Positions 45,022-54,490 of a stretch of 64,000 bases of DNA are shown piece after piece. This stretch comes from an uncultured Eubacteriales bacterium (GTDB lineage Bacteria > Bacillota > Clostridia > Oscillospirales > CAG-272), in contig CAKSQF010000002.1 in assembly GCA_934486825.1 (NCBI GenBank), positions 1,298-65,297 of the forward strand. The letters run 5' to 3'. The first letter of the stretch is position 1. Every line of letters starts with the position of its first letter. A program made the translations under genes and the position numbers. The notes beneath the pieces were generated by a model, which had not been told where the DNA came from, did not search any database, and saw only the letters and a list, made by a program, of their open reading frames with translations.

Positions 45022-46320
45022 TCAGTTGGCTTCCTGATATGCGTCGGGCGAAGCAACATAGACCTTGCGTATCCGTGCTCCGAGAGCCGAGAGCTTGCCG
45101 ACAATGTTATCGTAGCCGCGCTCAATCAGATGAATGTCATCAATGTCGGTCGTTCCGTTAACCGAAAGCGCCGCAACGACCATGGCGGCACCGCCTCTCA
45201 GATCGACGGCACGTACAGACGCGGCAGTAAGCTTTGCGGGCGTTCCTCTGATAACGGCAGTCTTTCCGGTGACCTCAACCTGCGCACCCATGCGCCGCAG
45301 TTCGTCAATATATTTGAACCTGTTGTCCCACACCCCTTCGTTTATCATGCCGACACCATCAGCCTGACAAAGAAGCGCTCCGAACTGCGGCTGCATGTCG
45401 GTCGGGAAACCGGGATAGGGAAGTGTTTTTATGTTGCAGGAGCGAAGAGCAATGTCCGGGTCACGGATGATACGGATACTGTCATCGTTTTCGATAACCG
45501 TAACACCCATTTCCTCGAGCTTTGCGGTCACCGATTCCATATGCTTCGGAATAACATTGCATATTTCAACGTCGCCGCCGGTTGCGGCAACGGCGGTCAT
45601 GTATGTTCCCGCCTCAATCATGTCGGGGATTATCGCATATGTGCATCCGTGGAGCTCACTGACGCCTCTGATCTTTATCGTGTCCGTTCCGGCACCCTTG
45701 ACATCGGCACCGCATGTGTTGAGGAAGTTGGCAAGGTCAACTATGTGAGGCTCTCTCGCGGCATTTTCGATTATGGTAGTACCCTCGGCAAGTGCTGCGG
45801 CAAGCATTACGTTTACCGTTGCACCGACCGTGACTATATCGAAGAATATGTTTCCGCCGATAAGACCGTTCGGTGCGCTTGCGTCAATGTATCCGCCTTC
45901 GACGTTGACTTTTGCTCCGAGCTTTTCAAAGCCTTTGATGTGCTGATCGATCGGTCTGACACCGAAATCGCAGCCGCCGGGATAACCGACCAGAGCTCTT
46001 CCGAAGCGTCCGAGCTCGGCGCCCACAAGATAGTAGGATGCGCGCATCTTGCGCGAAAGCTCAGCCGGAACAGATCTGACATGTATGCCGATTGTGTCGA
46101 TTTCGACTGTGCTTGAATTGAGCCTTTTTACCGATGCACCGAGATTTTCTATTATTTCAAGCGACCTTGTTATGTCGCTTACGGCAGGAAGATTCTTTAT
46201 CTGACATTTTCCGCGCACAAGAAGTGTCGCAAATATTATGGGAAGCGCGGCATTTTTCATGCCGTCTATTTCAACAGAGCCGTACAGCGGACGACCTCCG
46301 TTAACTATTATTTTTTCCAT
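45022..46320 (-). CDS. murA: UDP-N-acetylglucosamine 1-carboxyvinyltransferase
   Basis: MEKIIVNGGRPLYGSVEIDGMKNAALPIIFATLL and the active-site loop YPGGCDFGVRPIDQH. The start was set at the ATG at 46320. Confidence 0.9.
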   Translation of the reverse strand: MEKIIVNGGRPLYGSVEIDGMKNAALPIIFATLLVRGKCQIKNLPAVSDITRSLEIIENLGASVKRLNSSTVEIDTIGIHVRSVPAELSRKMRASYYLVGAELGRFGRALVGYPGGCDFGVRPIDQHIKGFEKLGAKVNVEGGYIDASAPNGLIGGNIFFDIVTVGATVNVMLAAALAEGTTIIENAAREPHIVDLANFLNTCGADVKGAGTDTIKIRGVSELHGCTYAIIPDMIEAGTYMTAVAATGGDVEICNVIPKHMESVTAKLEEMGVTVIENDDSIRIIRDPDIALRSCNIKTLPYPGFPTDMQPQFGALLCQADGVGMINEGVWDNRFKYIDELRRMGAQVEVTGKTAVIRGTPAKLTAASVRAVDLRGGAAMVVAALSVNGTTDIDDIHLIERGYDNIVGKLSALGARIRKVYVASPDAYQEAN

Positions 46321-46424
46321 GTTATATATCAATTCCAACCGTCGGACTCCCGACAGTATGAAAACAAATCCTTTCAGATTAGTCGGCTTCTGACAGCCAC
46401 GGTGACCCTGTCGGTCAAACATAC

Positions 46425-46460
46425 AAAAATCCCGAATGGAAACCCGTTCGGAATTTTTTT
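46425..46460. terminator. Terminator after the DUF3810 gene, or hairpin in the murA leader
   Basis: TCCCGAA/TTCGGAA stem flanked by AAAAA and TTTTTTT. Confidence 0.55.
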
Positions 46461-46587
46461 CTCACTCCATTATATATTTTTTATGCATAAGATTTGTTAA
46501 TAAATTGTAAACTATTGTTTATTTTATCGATAAAATCAATAACGGCTTTACTCTCATTATATTCGTAAACCGAAAATCTGACACAAT

Positions 46588-47772
46588 TTATTCGGAAAGC
46601 GTTTTGCAGTACGCAACAGTAAGGTCAACGACCAGGCCGTATGAACGCGAGCCTTCCTTTACGCCCTGTGACTGAAGGTAAGAGTTGTTTATTGCCGAAC
46701 TGATGGTTGATGCGGTGCTGTGCTGATATTTTTTGAAGAAGAGCGAATATGCGTTGAACTCTTTGACGGTATTGCGGTCAAATTTGCTCCACAGAGAGTT
46801 GTAAAGCTCACTGTCGGCAGTGCTGAGCGCATTAAGAACATATTCGAGCATGTTGGTGTATGCGCTGTAAAGAATATAGCTGTCATCCGATTCAAGGGAA
46901 GCAAGAAAGGCAACAAAGTTTGCTTCGTTTTCGCGTGCGATTCCGCGTTGGTGCGCAAGCTCGTGCGCGGCAGTGTACGGAATTGTGTAGTCCGGAAAGT
47001 TCACGTTGATGTTCGATTCGCCGGTGAAATAGGTGTAAACGCCGGTGATGTGGGTGTAGGACATCGGCTCGGACATAATTACATATTTCAGATTCGATCT
47101 GAGCGGAGAAATGAAGTTGTATTTGGCGCTTGCTTTTTTGTATGCGTCATTCAGCTTGTTGTTCAGCTCGTCAAGGTCATACGGCATTACCGACGAGCCG
47201 TCGGGTGCAAAGCCGACCGAGCCGATGATCGCATTGATCTTTTCGGTAAGATAGCTTGCGGTATCGTACAGCTCTTTTGCACTCACCTTTTCGGCGGGAA
47301 GCCCGAGCTTTTTGTCGAGCGACGATCCCTTGTAGCCGGGAGCAAGTGTAAATACAAACGAAATGTAGAAAAACGAAATGGCGGACAGCAGCCCCGCAGT
47401 CATGGATATATACTGTTTCTGACTGCCCTTCGTCGAAACTATTATGCCGCATACGATAAGAGAGATGAAGATAACGGGAAGCAGAATGACAAGCATTTCG
47501 GCAAGCGAGAAGGGAATCCACATTGTAAGCTTTGCCGCAATAAAACGGAATCCCGCACACGGATATTTTATCATGAAGTCGGCAAATGCGGGAAATAATG
47601 AGGAAAGTATGTGCAATACTGCGGCAACCGCGGCTGCGATAAAGAAGCCGATGCACACCTTCGGCGCATTGCAAAAGAAATGTCCGATTCCTTTTCCGAA
47701 CCGTGTAAGCAGTGATTTTAACTTGTTTTTGCCGACATTTTCTTCGACCGGGTTGATTTCGTTGTTGTTCAT
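46588..47772 (-). CDS. DUF3810 domain-containing membrane protein (HExxH metalloprotease-like)
   Basis: N-terminal TM helices and YTAAHELAHQRGIARENEANFVAFLA. Confidence 0.65.
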   Translation of the reverse strand: MNNNEINPVEENVGKNKLKSLLTRFGKGIGHFFCNAPKVCIGFFIAAAVAAVLHILSSLFPAFADFMIKYPCAGFRFIAAKLTMWIPFSLAEMLVILLPVIFISLIVCGIIVSTKGSQKQYISMTAGLLSAISFFYISFVFTLAPGYKGSSLDKKLGLPAEKVSAKELYDTASYLTEKINAIIGSVGFAPDGSSVMPYDLDELNNKLNDAYKKASAKYNFISPLRSNLKYVIMSEPMSYTHITGVYTYFTGESNINVNFPDYTIPYTAAHELAHQRGIARENEANFVAFLASLESDDSYILYSAYTNMLEYVLNALSTADSELYNSLWSKFDRNTVKEFNAYSLFFKKYQHSTASTISSAINNSYLQSQGVKEGSRSYGLVVDLTVAYCKTLSE

Positions 47773-48749
47773 GTGCTGTTCCTTTCAGAGTTCTTTGTTT
47801 CAAAAAATTCGGTTCCGATAACAGACAGCCTTTCGGATATTTTACGCGTGTCGGCTCCCGATGCGTTTATGACGGCGGCAATGTCTGCGGATATCGGTGC
47901 GGTAAGCGTCATCTGCCTGCCGCTTGTCGGATGGCTGAAGGTGAGCGAAAAAGCATGAAGCGCCTGCCTGTCGATCAGCCCGGAAGGATTGCCGTACAGA
48001 CTGTCGCCGATGATCGGGTGTCCGATGTGCGCAAAATGAAGCCGTAACTGATGGGTGCGACCGGTTATCGGCATTGCGCCGACAATTCCGATGCCGCTTT
48101 TTTCACCGATCACCCGATAAAGCGTTTCGGAGCAGGATGCCCCGTCACAGTATGTGTCGGATGCCTCGCGGACAATTATGCTTTCTGCCGCTCTTCTGAT
48201 GTAGGCGGTGATTTTTCCGCTTTTTTCGACAGGCGCTCCGTCCGTAAGCGCAAGATAGCATTTCCCGATCTTTCTTCTGCCGATCTCGTCCGAGAGTCTG
48301 TAAGCCGAATGACGGTTCTTTGCGACAAGCACGATTCCGCTTGTGTCTCGGTCAAGACGGTTTATGACGCGGAATACAAAGGGGATTCCTTTTTGCGCAT
48401 AGTAGAAGGCAAGTGCGTTTGCAAGAGTGTCGGTGTAATGACCGTGTGACGGGTGAGTCGGCATTTTGGGCGGCTTGTTCAGCGCAATGATGTCGGCATC
48501 CTCGTAAATGATGTCGAGCGGAAGCTCGGTCGGAACGATATTCTCCGCCGATTCTTCATCTTCGCACGCAAGGACGAGAATGTCATCCGTGTGTACCGTC
48601 GCGGCTACCGTTACATGTCTGCCGTTGAGCATTATGCCGCAGTCAAGCTTTTTCAGTGCAGAGACCGAACGACGCGATAAGCCGAGACTGCGTGAAAGAT
48701 AGTCGGAAAGGCGCTTGCCGTCCGATTCCGCCCCGATCATGATCTCCAT
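47769..48749 (-). CDS. RluA family pseudouridine synthase (RluD-like)
   Basis: S4 domain, VINRLDRDTSGIVLVAK and HQLRLHFAHIGHPIIGDSLYG. Its stop overlaps the start of the DUF3810 gene. Confidence 0.8.
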   Translation of the reverse strand: MEIMIGAESDGKRLSDYLSRSLGLSRRSVSALKKLDCGIMLNGRHVTVAATVHTDDILVLACEDEESAENIVPTELPLDIIYEDADIIALNKPPKMPTHPSHGHYTDTLANALAFYYAQKGIPFVFRVINRLDRDTSGIVLVAKNRHSAYRLSDEIGRRKIGKCYLALTDGAPVEKSGKITAYIRRAAESIIVREASDTYCDGASCSETLYRVIGEKSGIGIVGAMPITGRTHQLRLHFAHIGHPIIGDSLYGNPSGLIDRQALHAFSLTFSHPTSGRQMTLTAPISADIAAVINASGADTRKISERLSVIGTEFFETKNSERNST

Positions 48750-48912
48750 ATAATATGCCTCCGCGTTGTTTTTATCATTTTAGCACATAAAAGGTTTTTT
48801 TGCAATTAAATTTCTCTGAACTTTCTGTGAAAGGAATATTTTTTTGACAAAAAGCTCAAAATACATTCACAACTGACTGAACGGTTGATTATGATTGATT
48901 CGGAGGTCAATA

Positions 48913-50211
48913 ATGAAAAAGATCATTTCGTTGTTCCTTGCACTTGCTGTTTTCTGTGCGGTTGCGGTCTTGCCCGTATCTGCCGGAGCGGAACGGATAT
49001 CGGGAGGACTTGACGTCATTGCGGCAAAAATGACAATGTATAAAACGGGAATGTCGTCACACCCGCTTGCATTTACTCCGGAGGAGTTCGAGGAGGCTGT
49101 CGGTATACGAAAAATAAACAGCATAACAGTCCTTACTCTGCCGTCTGCCGAGAGCGGTACGCTCTATCTTTCCGCAACTCCCGTAATGGTGGGACAGGTA
49201 ATATCGAGAAAAGCAATATCAAAGCTTTCGTTTGTACCCAAAAATGCGGGTGAGCTGTCGTGCAGCTTTACCTTTGGTACTGTGTCGTCGTCACAGCCGA
49301 TCGCATTGACCTGCTCGCTCACACTGCTGAAAACACTGAATTTCGCTCCGACCGCGGCTGTCCCGGATGAAGGGTATTTCACAAAGGCGACCGTCGAAAA
49401 TATCCCGCTTTATTCGAGACTTGAGGGTAAGGACCCGGAGGGGGATCTGCTTAGCTTCCGTGTAACGTCATATCCCAAAAACGGAACGCTCCGCATACTT
49501 GACAGCGTTTCGGGAGAATATGTTTATTGCCCGCTTGAGGGTTTCTCCGGTAAGGACAGCTTCGTTTACCGGATAATCGATTCATGCGGAAACAAGGGTG
49601 AGAAGATCACGGTGGTTCTGAATGTCGAAAAGCCATCGACCGATATAAAGTATTGTGATCTTGACGGCAGTAAAGCCGAGCTTGCGGCGATAAAGCTTGC
49701 CGAACGTAAAATCATAATCGGAAAGGCGATCGGCGGGAATTATTATTTTGATCCCAACGGAGAAATGTCAAGGGCAGAGTTTCTGGCGCTTGCAATGAAT
49801 ACGGCGGGTATTTCCGCAGACTATTCGAAGGACGGAAAAACATCGTTTGTCGATGATACGGCGATCCCCGAATATCTCCGCGCATATGTACTCAAAGCCG
49901 AAAAAGAAAAATGGATTGACGGGATCGAGACCCCGGTCGGTCTGATGATGATGCCCGATAAGGCGGTGACCCTTTCCGAGGCGTCGCTTATGCTGACAAA
50001 GATCATGAATATAACGTCGGATGATGCGGTCGCGGCATCGGCATCCGAGCTGCCATACCTCAGCGAGGTCGAGGCAAAAGCTGTTCTTGCACTTGTATCG
50101 GAAGGAATAATTCCGACAGACGGAATATCTGCCGCACAGTCGTCGATGACACGTGCGGATGCGGCAATTCTGCTTTACAATGTGATTCTCTCGGGGAAAA
50201 ACGAAAAATAA
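48913..50211 (+). CDS. Secreted protein with an Ig/cadherin-like domain and three C-terminal SLH-like repeats
   Basis: Signal peptide ending VSAGAE. A cadherin-like unit DPEGDLLSFRVTSYPKNGTL...GKDSFVYRIIDSCGN. SLH-like units: YCDLDGSKAELAAIKLAERKIIIG...MSRAEFLAL, FVDDTAIPEYLRAYVLKA... and ...MTRADAAILLYNV. Confidence 0.6.
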   Translation: MKKIISLFLALAVFCAVAVLPVSAGAERISGGLDVIAAKMTMYKTGMSSHPLAFTPEEFEEAVGIRKINSITVLTLPSAESGTLYLSATPVMVGQVISRKAISKLSFVPKNAGELSCSFTFGTVSSSQPIALTCSLTLLKTLNFAPTAAVPDEGYFTKATVENIPLYSRLEGKDPEGDLLSFRVTSYPKNGTLRILDSVSGEYVYCPLEGFSGKDSFVYRIIDSCGNKGEKITVVLNVEKPSTDIKYCDLDGSKAELAAIKLAERKIIIGKAIGGNYYFDPNGEMSRAEFLALAMNTAGISADYSKDGKTSFVDDTAIPEYLRAYVLKAEKEKWIDGIETPVGLMMMPDKAVTLSEASLMLTKIMNITSDDAVAASASELPYLSEVEAKAVLALVSEGIIPTDGISAAQSSMTRADAAILLYNVILSGKNEK

Positions 50212-50220
50212 AAAACAACT

Positions 50221-50252
50221 GCTCCGGACAATTTTCAAAAATTGTCCGGAGC
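50221..50252. terminator. Terminator between convergent genes
   Basis: GCTCCGGACAATTTT/AAAATTGTCCGGAGC long stem. The U-run is better on the minus strand. Confidence 0.7.
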
Positions 50253-50261
50253 ATTTCCGCT

Positions 50262-51038
50262 TCAGTTCTTCATAAGAAAATCGATTGCCTTTGCAATTTC
50301 CCGATCCCAGTAAAACCATTCGTGACGACCGGGCGATTCATTCAGCGACAGATCAAAGCCGCCGTCTTTGAGTATGTTTCCGAGGGCGATCGTCTCGGGA
50401 TAAAGAGAATCCTCGGTTCCGCACCAGAGGTAGACACGGGGCTTCGGTCCGTTGCCTTCGGCTACCTTTCTCGCAAGGCTGAAGACATCGTTGACCGAGC
50501 CTCTGACATTTTCCTTTGAGCCGAATACCGCAACCATGTTGGCATTGTCGTAGGGACATCTGTCAAATCTTTTTTCGACATCGTAAGCCCCCGAAAGTCC
50601 CGCGCATCCCGCAAATGCTTCGGGCATGGCAAGAGCGATTTTCAACGCTCCGTAGCCGCCCATCGACAGACCGGCAATATAATTGTCTTCGCGCCTGTCA
50701 CTCATCTGCCTGAACATGGCTCTGCAAATCGCAGGAATTTCTTTTGATATGTATTCCATGTACCTGTCGCCGGATACCGCATCGGTGTACCAGCTTTTGT
50801 GGGCAGCCGGCATGACGACCGCTATGTTTTTTCCGGCAACATACCTTTCGATCGATGTGCGCCTTGACCATATCGTGTGATCGTCCGAAAGCCCGTGGAG
50901 AAGAAAAAGCGTTTTGCAGTGTGCGCCATCCGATGAAGCCATGCCGATCTGTGTTTTTGCCGACTGCGGAAGTATAACATTCATTGTCATTGCCATTCCG
51001 AGAACATCGGAATGAAAGTTTACGCTCAGAAATGCCAT
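50262..51038 (-). CDS. Esterase family protein (EstA/tributyrin esterase / esterase D-like alpha/beta hydrolase)
   Basis: LFLLHGLSDDHTIW, nucleophile elbow GLSMGGYGA and C-terminal GRHEWFYW. The start was set at the ATG at 51038 after AGGAAGG. Confidence 0.75.
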   Translation of the reverse strand: MAFLSVNFHSDVLGMAMTMNVILPQSAKTQIGMASSDGAHCKTLFLLHGLSDDHTIWSRRTSIERYVAGKNIAVVMPAAHKSWYTDAVSGDRYMEYISKEIPAICRAMFRQMSDRREDNYIAGLSMGGYGALKIALAMPEAFAGCAGLSGAYDVEKRFDRCPYDNANMVAVFGSKENVRGSVNDVFSLARKVAEGNGPKPRVYLWCGTEDSLYPETIALGNILKDGGFDLSLNESPGRHEWFYWDREIAKAIDFLMKN

Positions 51039-51147
51039 TTTGTATCGCCTTCCTTGTAAGTTATCATGATTATAGGCTGATTGTAACACATAAAACACTT
51101 TTTTTCAATAGATTTTACTTAAAACCGCAAAAAAAATAAAAAATGTA

Positions 51148-51176
51148 TTGAAACCCGATTGCCGTTGTGCTATAAT
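51148..51176 (+). promoter_or_regulatory. Sigma-A-type promoter (extended -10) of argS
   Basis: TTGAAA-17 nt-(TGc)TATAAT. Confidence 0.6.
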
Positions 51177-51242
51177 GTAATGTATTTATCTGCTTTCGTG
51201 CTTGATATAAAACAATATACAATAAGTCAGAAGGATGTTTCT

Positions 51243-52961
51243 ATGCAGAAATTCAAAAACCAACTCGCAGCGGCGATCTCGGACGCCGTCTGTAAAACGG
51301 CGGGCGATAATGTGTGCGGCGCGGAGGATATCTGCGCAATGCTTGAATATCCGCCCGATCCGACGATGGGAGATATTGCACTGCCTTGCTTCAGATTTTC
51401 AAAGCTCCTGCGTAAGGCTCCGCCCGTGATTGCCGCGGCTCTCGCAGAGGATGCCGGGATAAAGAACGTTGACGGAGTAGGGTCGGTAAATGTCTCGGGC
51501 GGCTATCTCAATTTCAGAATATCGGACGGTTACTACGAAAAGAATGTGATTCCCGAGATACTTGAAAAGGGAGCCGATTACGGCAGATCGGATATCGGAA
51601 AAGGAAAAACGGTCGTGCTTGATTATTCTTCTCCGAATGTTGCAAAGCCGTTTCATATCGGACATCTCGGAACCACCGTTATCGGTCATTCGTTGAAGAA
51701 GCTGCACGAATTTTGCGGCTATAACTGTGTCGGAATAAATCATCTCGGTGACTGGGGAACGCAGTTCGGCAAGCTGATTGTCGCCTACCGTAAGTGGGGA
51801 AGCGAAAAAGAGGTTGAAAAAGACGGGATAGACGGTCTTGTCGGACTCTATGTCAGATTTCATGAGGAAGCCGATAAGGATCCGTCGCTCAATGACCTTG
51901 CGCGCGCCGAGTTTGCAAAGCTTGAACATCACGATCCCGACAATATAAAACTGTGGAAATGGTTTATAGAGCTTTCGCTTGCCGAATATAAGAAAACCTA
52001 CGACCAGCTCGGAATAACATTTGATTCGTATAACGGCGAATCCTTCTATACCGATAAGATGCCCGAGCAGGTTGAGAAGCTCCGCAGTATGGGACTACTT
52101 AAACTTGACGACGGCGCTTCGGTCGTTGATCTGTCTGAGTACGATATGCCGGTCTGTCTTATACTGAAGCGGGACGGCTCGACGCTTTATCCGACGCGTG
52201 ATATTGCGGCGGCGGTCTACCGTAAGCGCACATATAATTTCGATAAGTGTATATATGTTACCTCGTCACAGCAGAGTCTCCATTTTGCGCAGTGGTTCAA
52301 GGTCGTAGAGCTCATGGGCTATGACTGGTATGATGAACTTGTCCATGTCCCTTACGGAACGGTCAGTATTGACGGCGTGAAGCTGTCAACAAGACACGGA
52401 AACGTCGTGCTTCTGCGGGATGTGTTCGAAGCGGCGATAGAGAAGGTGACAAAGGTTATCGACGAAAAGAATCCCGGTCTTGAAAACAAAAAAGAAACAG
52501 CCGAGGCGGTCGGCGTCGGTGCAATCGTTTTCTATTATCTGATGAATAACCGTATAAAGGATATAAGCTTCAGAATGGACGACGCGCTTTCGTTTGACGG
52601 AAATACCGGACCGTATGTGCAGTACACATATGCGCGTACATGTTCACTGCTTGAAAAGTCTGCCGAGGTCTGCGGAGACAGGATAAAGATAACATCGTCG
52701 TATGAAGCGGAGCTTGCAAAGGTGCTTTCGCAGTTTTCCGAAACGGTGCTCCGCGCGGTCGCCGAATATGAGCCGTCTGTAATTACAAGGTATATTCTTG
52801 CGGTATCGACCGCCTTCAATCGTTTTTATCATGAGTGTCCCATTCTTTCGGCGGAAGATGAGGACGTAAGAAATACGAGGACCGCGCTTACAAAGGCGAC
52901 AAATACCGTTCTTCACAGCGCACTGCCGCTTATATGCCTTAAAACGCCGGAAAAAATTTAA
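51243..52961 (+). CDS. argS: Arginine--tRNA ligase
   Basis: SSPNVAKPFHIGHL (HIGH motif), ...LSTRHGNVV (KMSK-like), and a DALR anticodon-binding C-terminus. The start was set at the ATG at 51243. Confidence 0.9.
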   Translation: MQKFKNQLAAAISDAVCKTAGDNVCGAEDICAMLEYPPDPTMGDIALPCFRFSKLLRKAPPVIAAALAEDAGIKNVDGVGSVNVSGGYLNFRISDGYYEKNVIPEILEKGADYGRSDIGKGKTVVLDYSSPNVAKPFHIGHLGTTVIGHSLKKLHEFCGYNCVGINHLGDWGTQFGKLIVAYRKWGSEKEVEKDGIDGLVGLYVRFHEEADKDPSLNDLARAEFAKLEHHDPDNIKLWKWFIELSLAEYKKTYDQLGITFDSYNGESFYTDKMPEQVEKLRSMGLLKLDDGASVVDLSEYDMPVCLILKRDGSTLYPTRDIAAAVYRKRTYNFDKCIYVTSSQQSLHFAQWFKVVELMGYDWYDELVHVPYGTVSIDGVKLSTRHGNVVLLRDVFEAAIEKVTKVIDEKNPGLENKKETAEAVGVGAIVFYYLMNNRIKDISFRMDDALSFDGNTGPYVQYTYARTCSLLEKSAEVCGDRIKITSSYEAELAKVLSQFSETVLRAVAEYEPSVITRYILAVSTAFNRFYHECPILSAEDEDVRNTRTALTKATNTVLHSALPLICLKTPEKI

Positions 52962-52991
52962 CTAAGGAAATACAAAAGGAGATTTCAGAGT

Positions 52992-53717
52992 ATGTCAGGA
53001 CATAGCAAATGGAAAAATATAATGCATAAAAAAGAAAAGACCGACGCACAAAGGGCAAAGGTTTTTACAAAGGTCGGTAAGGAAATATCGATCGCGGTAA
53101 GAGAAGGCGGAGCCGATCCCACATCAAATACAAAACTCCGTGACCTTATTGCCAAAGCAAAGAGCCTCAATGTGCCGAACGACAATATAAAGCGTATTAT
53201 CGATAAGGCGGGCGCGGACGGAGTCGTGTATGAGGAGTATACCTATGAAGGCTACGGCCCCGCGGGGGTTGCGGTCATTGTTACTACCGCAACCGATAAA
53301 AAGACAAGGACCGCGGGGAACGTCCGTCACTATTTCGATAAGTTCGGCGGAAATATGGGCGCACAGGGATGCGTCAGCTTCATGTTCTCGGATAAGGGAC
53401 TCATCGTGATAAACAACGAAGACGGCGACTATGACGAGGATAAGGTCATGGAGGACGCACTTGAGGCAGGAGCAGCCGATTTTATTTCGGACGGCGATCT
53501 GTTTGAGATATATACCGAGCCTGAGGATCTTGACGCCGTCAAATCCGCTCTTGAAGGTAAATATACATTTGATTCCGCAGAGGTTACAAAGGTTCCCTCG
53601 TCCTACGTTACACTTGAAAACGAGGACGATATAAAGAATATGGAAAACCTGATCGAATCGCTTGAAGATGATGACGATGTTCAGGATGTTTATCATAACT
53701 GGGAAACAAACGACTGA
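52992..53717 (+). CDS. YebC/PmpR family DNA-binding transcriptional regulator
   Basis: MSGHSKWKNIMHKKEKTDAQRAKVFTKVGKEISIAVREGGADPTSNTKLR. Confidence 0.9.
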   Translation: MSGHSKWKNIMHKKEKTDAQRAKVFTKVGKEISIAVREGGADPTSNTKLRDLIAKAKSLNVPNDNIKRIIDKAGADGVVYEEYTYEGYGPAGVAVIVTTATDKKTRTAGNVRHYFDKFGGNMGAQGCVSFMFSDKGLIVINNEDGDYDEDKVMEDALEAGAADFISDGDLFEIYTEPEDLDAVKSALEGKYTFDSAEVTKVPSSYVTLENEDDIKNMENLIESLEDDDDVQDVYHNWETND

Positions 53718-53724
53718 TAAAAAA

Positions 53725-53757
53725 ACATCGGTTTGCACATTCCGTGCAAACCGATGT
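53725..53757. terminator. Bidirectional terminator
   Basis: 14-bp stem ACATCGGTTTGCAC/GTGCAAACCGATGT flanked by A/T runs. Confidence 0.85.
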
Positions 53758-53761
53758 TTTT

Positions 53762-54484
53762 TTATTTTAAGTAGCTTTGTATGCCGTCGCAGACCGACGA
53801 CGCAAATTTTTTCTGCCATGTCGGATCAAGCATGTTTTTCAGATCGGCTTCGTTTGTCATGAATCCGACCTCAATAAGACATGCGGGCATTTTCGTTGCG
53901 GTCACGGCATACAGGTCGGCTTCGTTTTTTATGATCGGAGCCTTGCCGAATCCCGATTCGATTGCACCCGAAAGCTTTTCGGCAAGCCGTTTGTTGGAAC
54001 TGCCGTTGTTGCCTTTGTTGTAATAGAGGCGGGTTCCGCTTACCGAGCTGTCGGTAAACGAGTTGCAGTGGATGCTAAGATACATGCCGTAGCCCTTGCG
54101 GTTGGCAAACTTTACGCGCTGTACGATGCCGCATTTTCCGTCATCATCAAAGCCGGCAGTCGGCTCTTCACCGTCAGCCGCCCGTGCGAGGATTACGTCA
54201 AAGCCGCGCGACCTCAGATCGTCGGCGATAAGCAGTACAATGGCATAGTTTATGTCCTTTTCGTATATCTCACTGCCGTCATCGGCTTTGAACGGGGAGA
54301 TCGCCCCGACATCCCCGACGCCGTGACCGGCGTCGAGGCATATGGTAATCGGTTCGCCCGTCTGACCGCCCGTGTTCTCCGTGTGTCCCGCGCATGATGT
54401 CAGAACAAAGATCACGGAAAGCAGCAGGGCAAGCAGTGCGGGAAACTTTATGCTTTTTTGTCCTGAATTTTTGAAATCCTTCAT
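53762..54484 (-). CDS. N-acetylmuramoyl-L-alanine amidase (Amidase_3; CwlD-sized) lipoprotein
   Basis: Lipobox VLTSCAG, then ICLDAGHG, LSIHCNS and LIEVGFMTN. Confidence 0.75.
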   Translation of the reverse strand: MKDFKNSGQKSIKFPALLALLLSVIFVLTSCAGHTENTGGQTGEPITICLDAGHGVGDVGAISPFKADDGSEIYEKDINYAIVLLIADDLRSRGFDVILARAADGEEPTAGFDDDGKCGIVQRVKFANRKGYGMYLSIHCNSFTDSSVSGTRLYYNKGNNGSSNKRLAEKLSGAIESGFGKAPIIKNEADLYAVTATKMPACLIEVGFMTNEADLKNMLDPTWQKKFASSVCDGIQSYLK

Positions 54485-54490
54485 AATTTG

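Noticed and set aside
45130-46116. 328-aa ORF antisense to murA
   Set aside because: This is a shadow of the murA coding frame, with no ribosome-binding site and non-protein-like composition.
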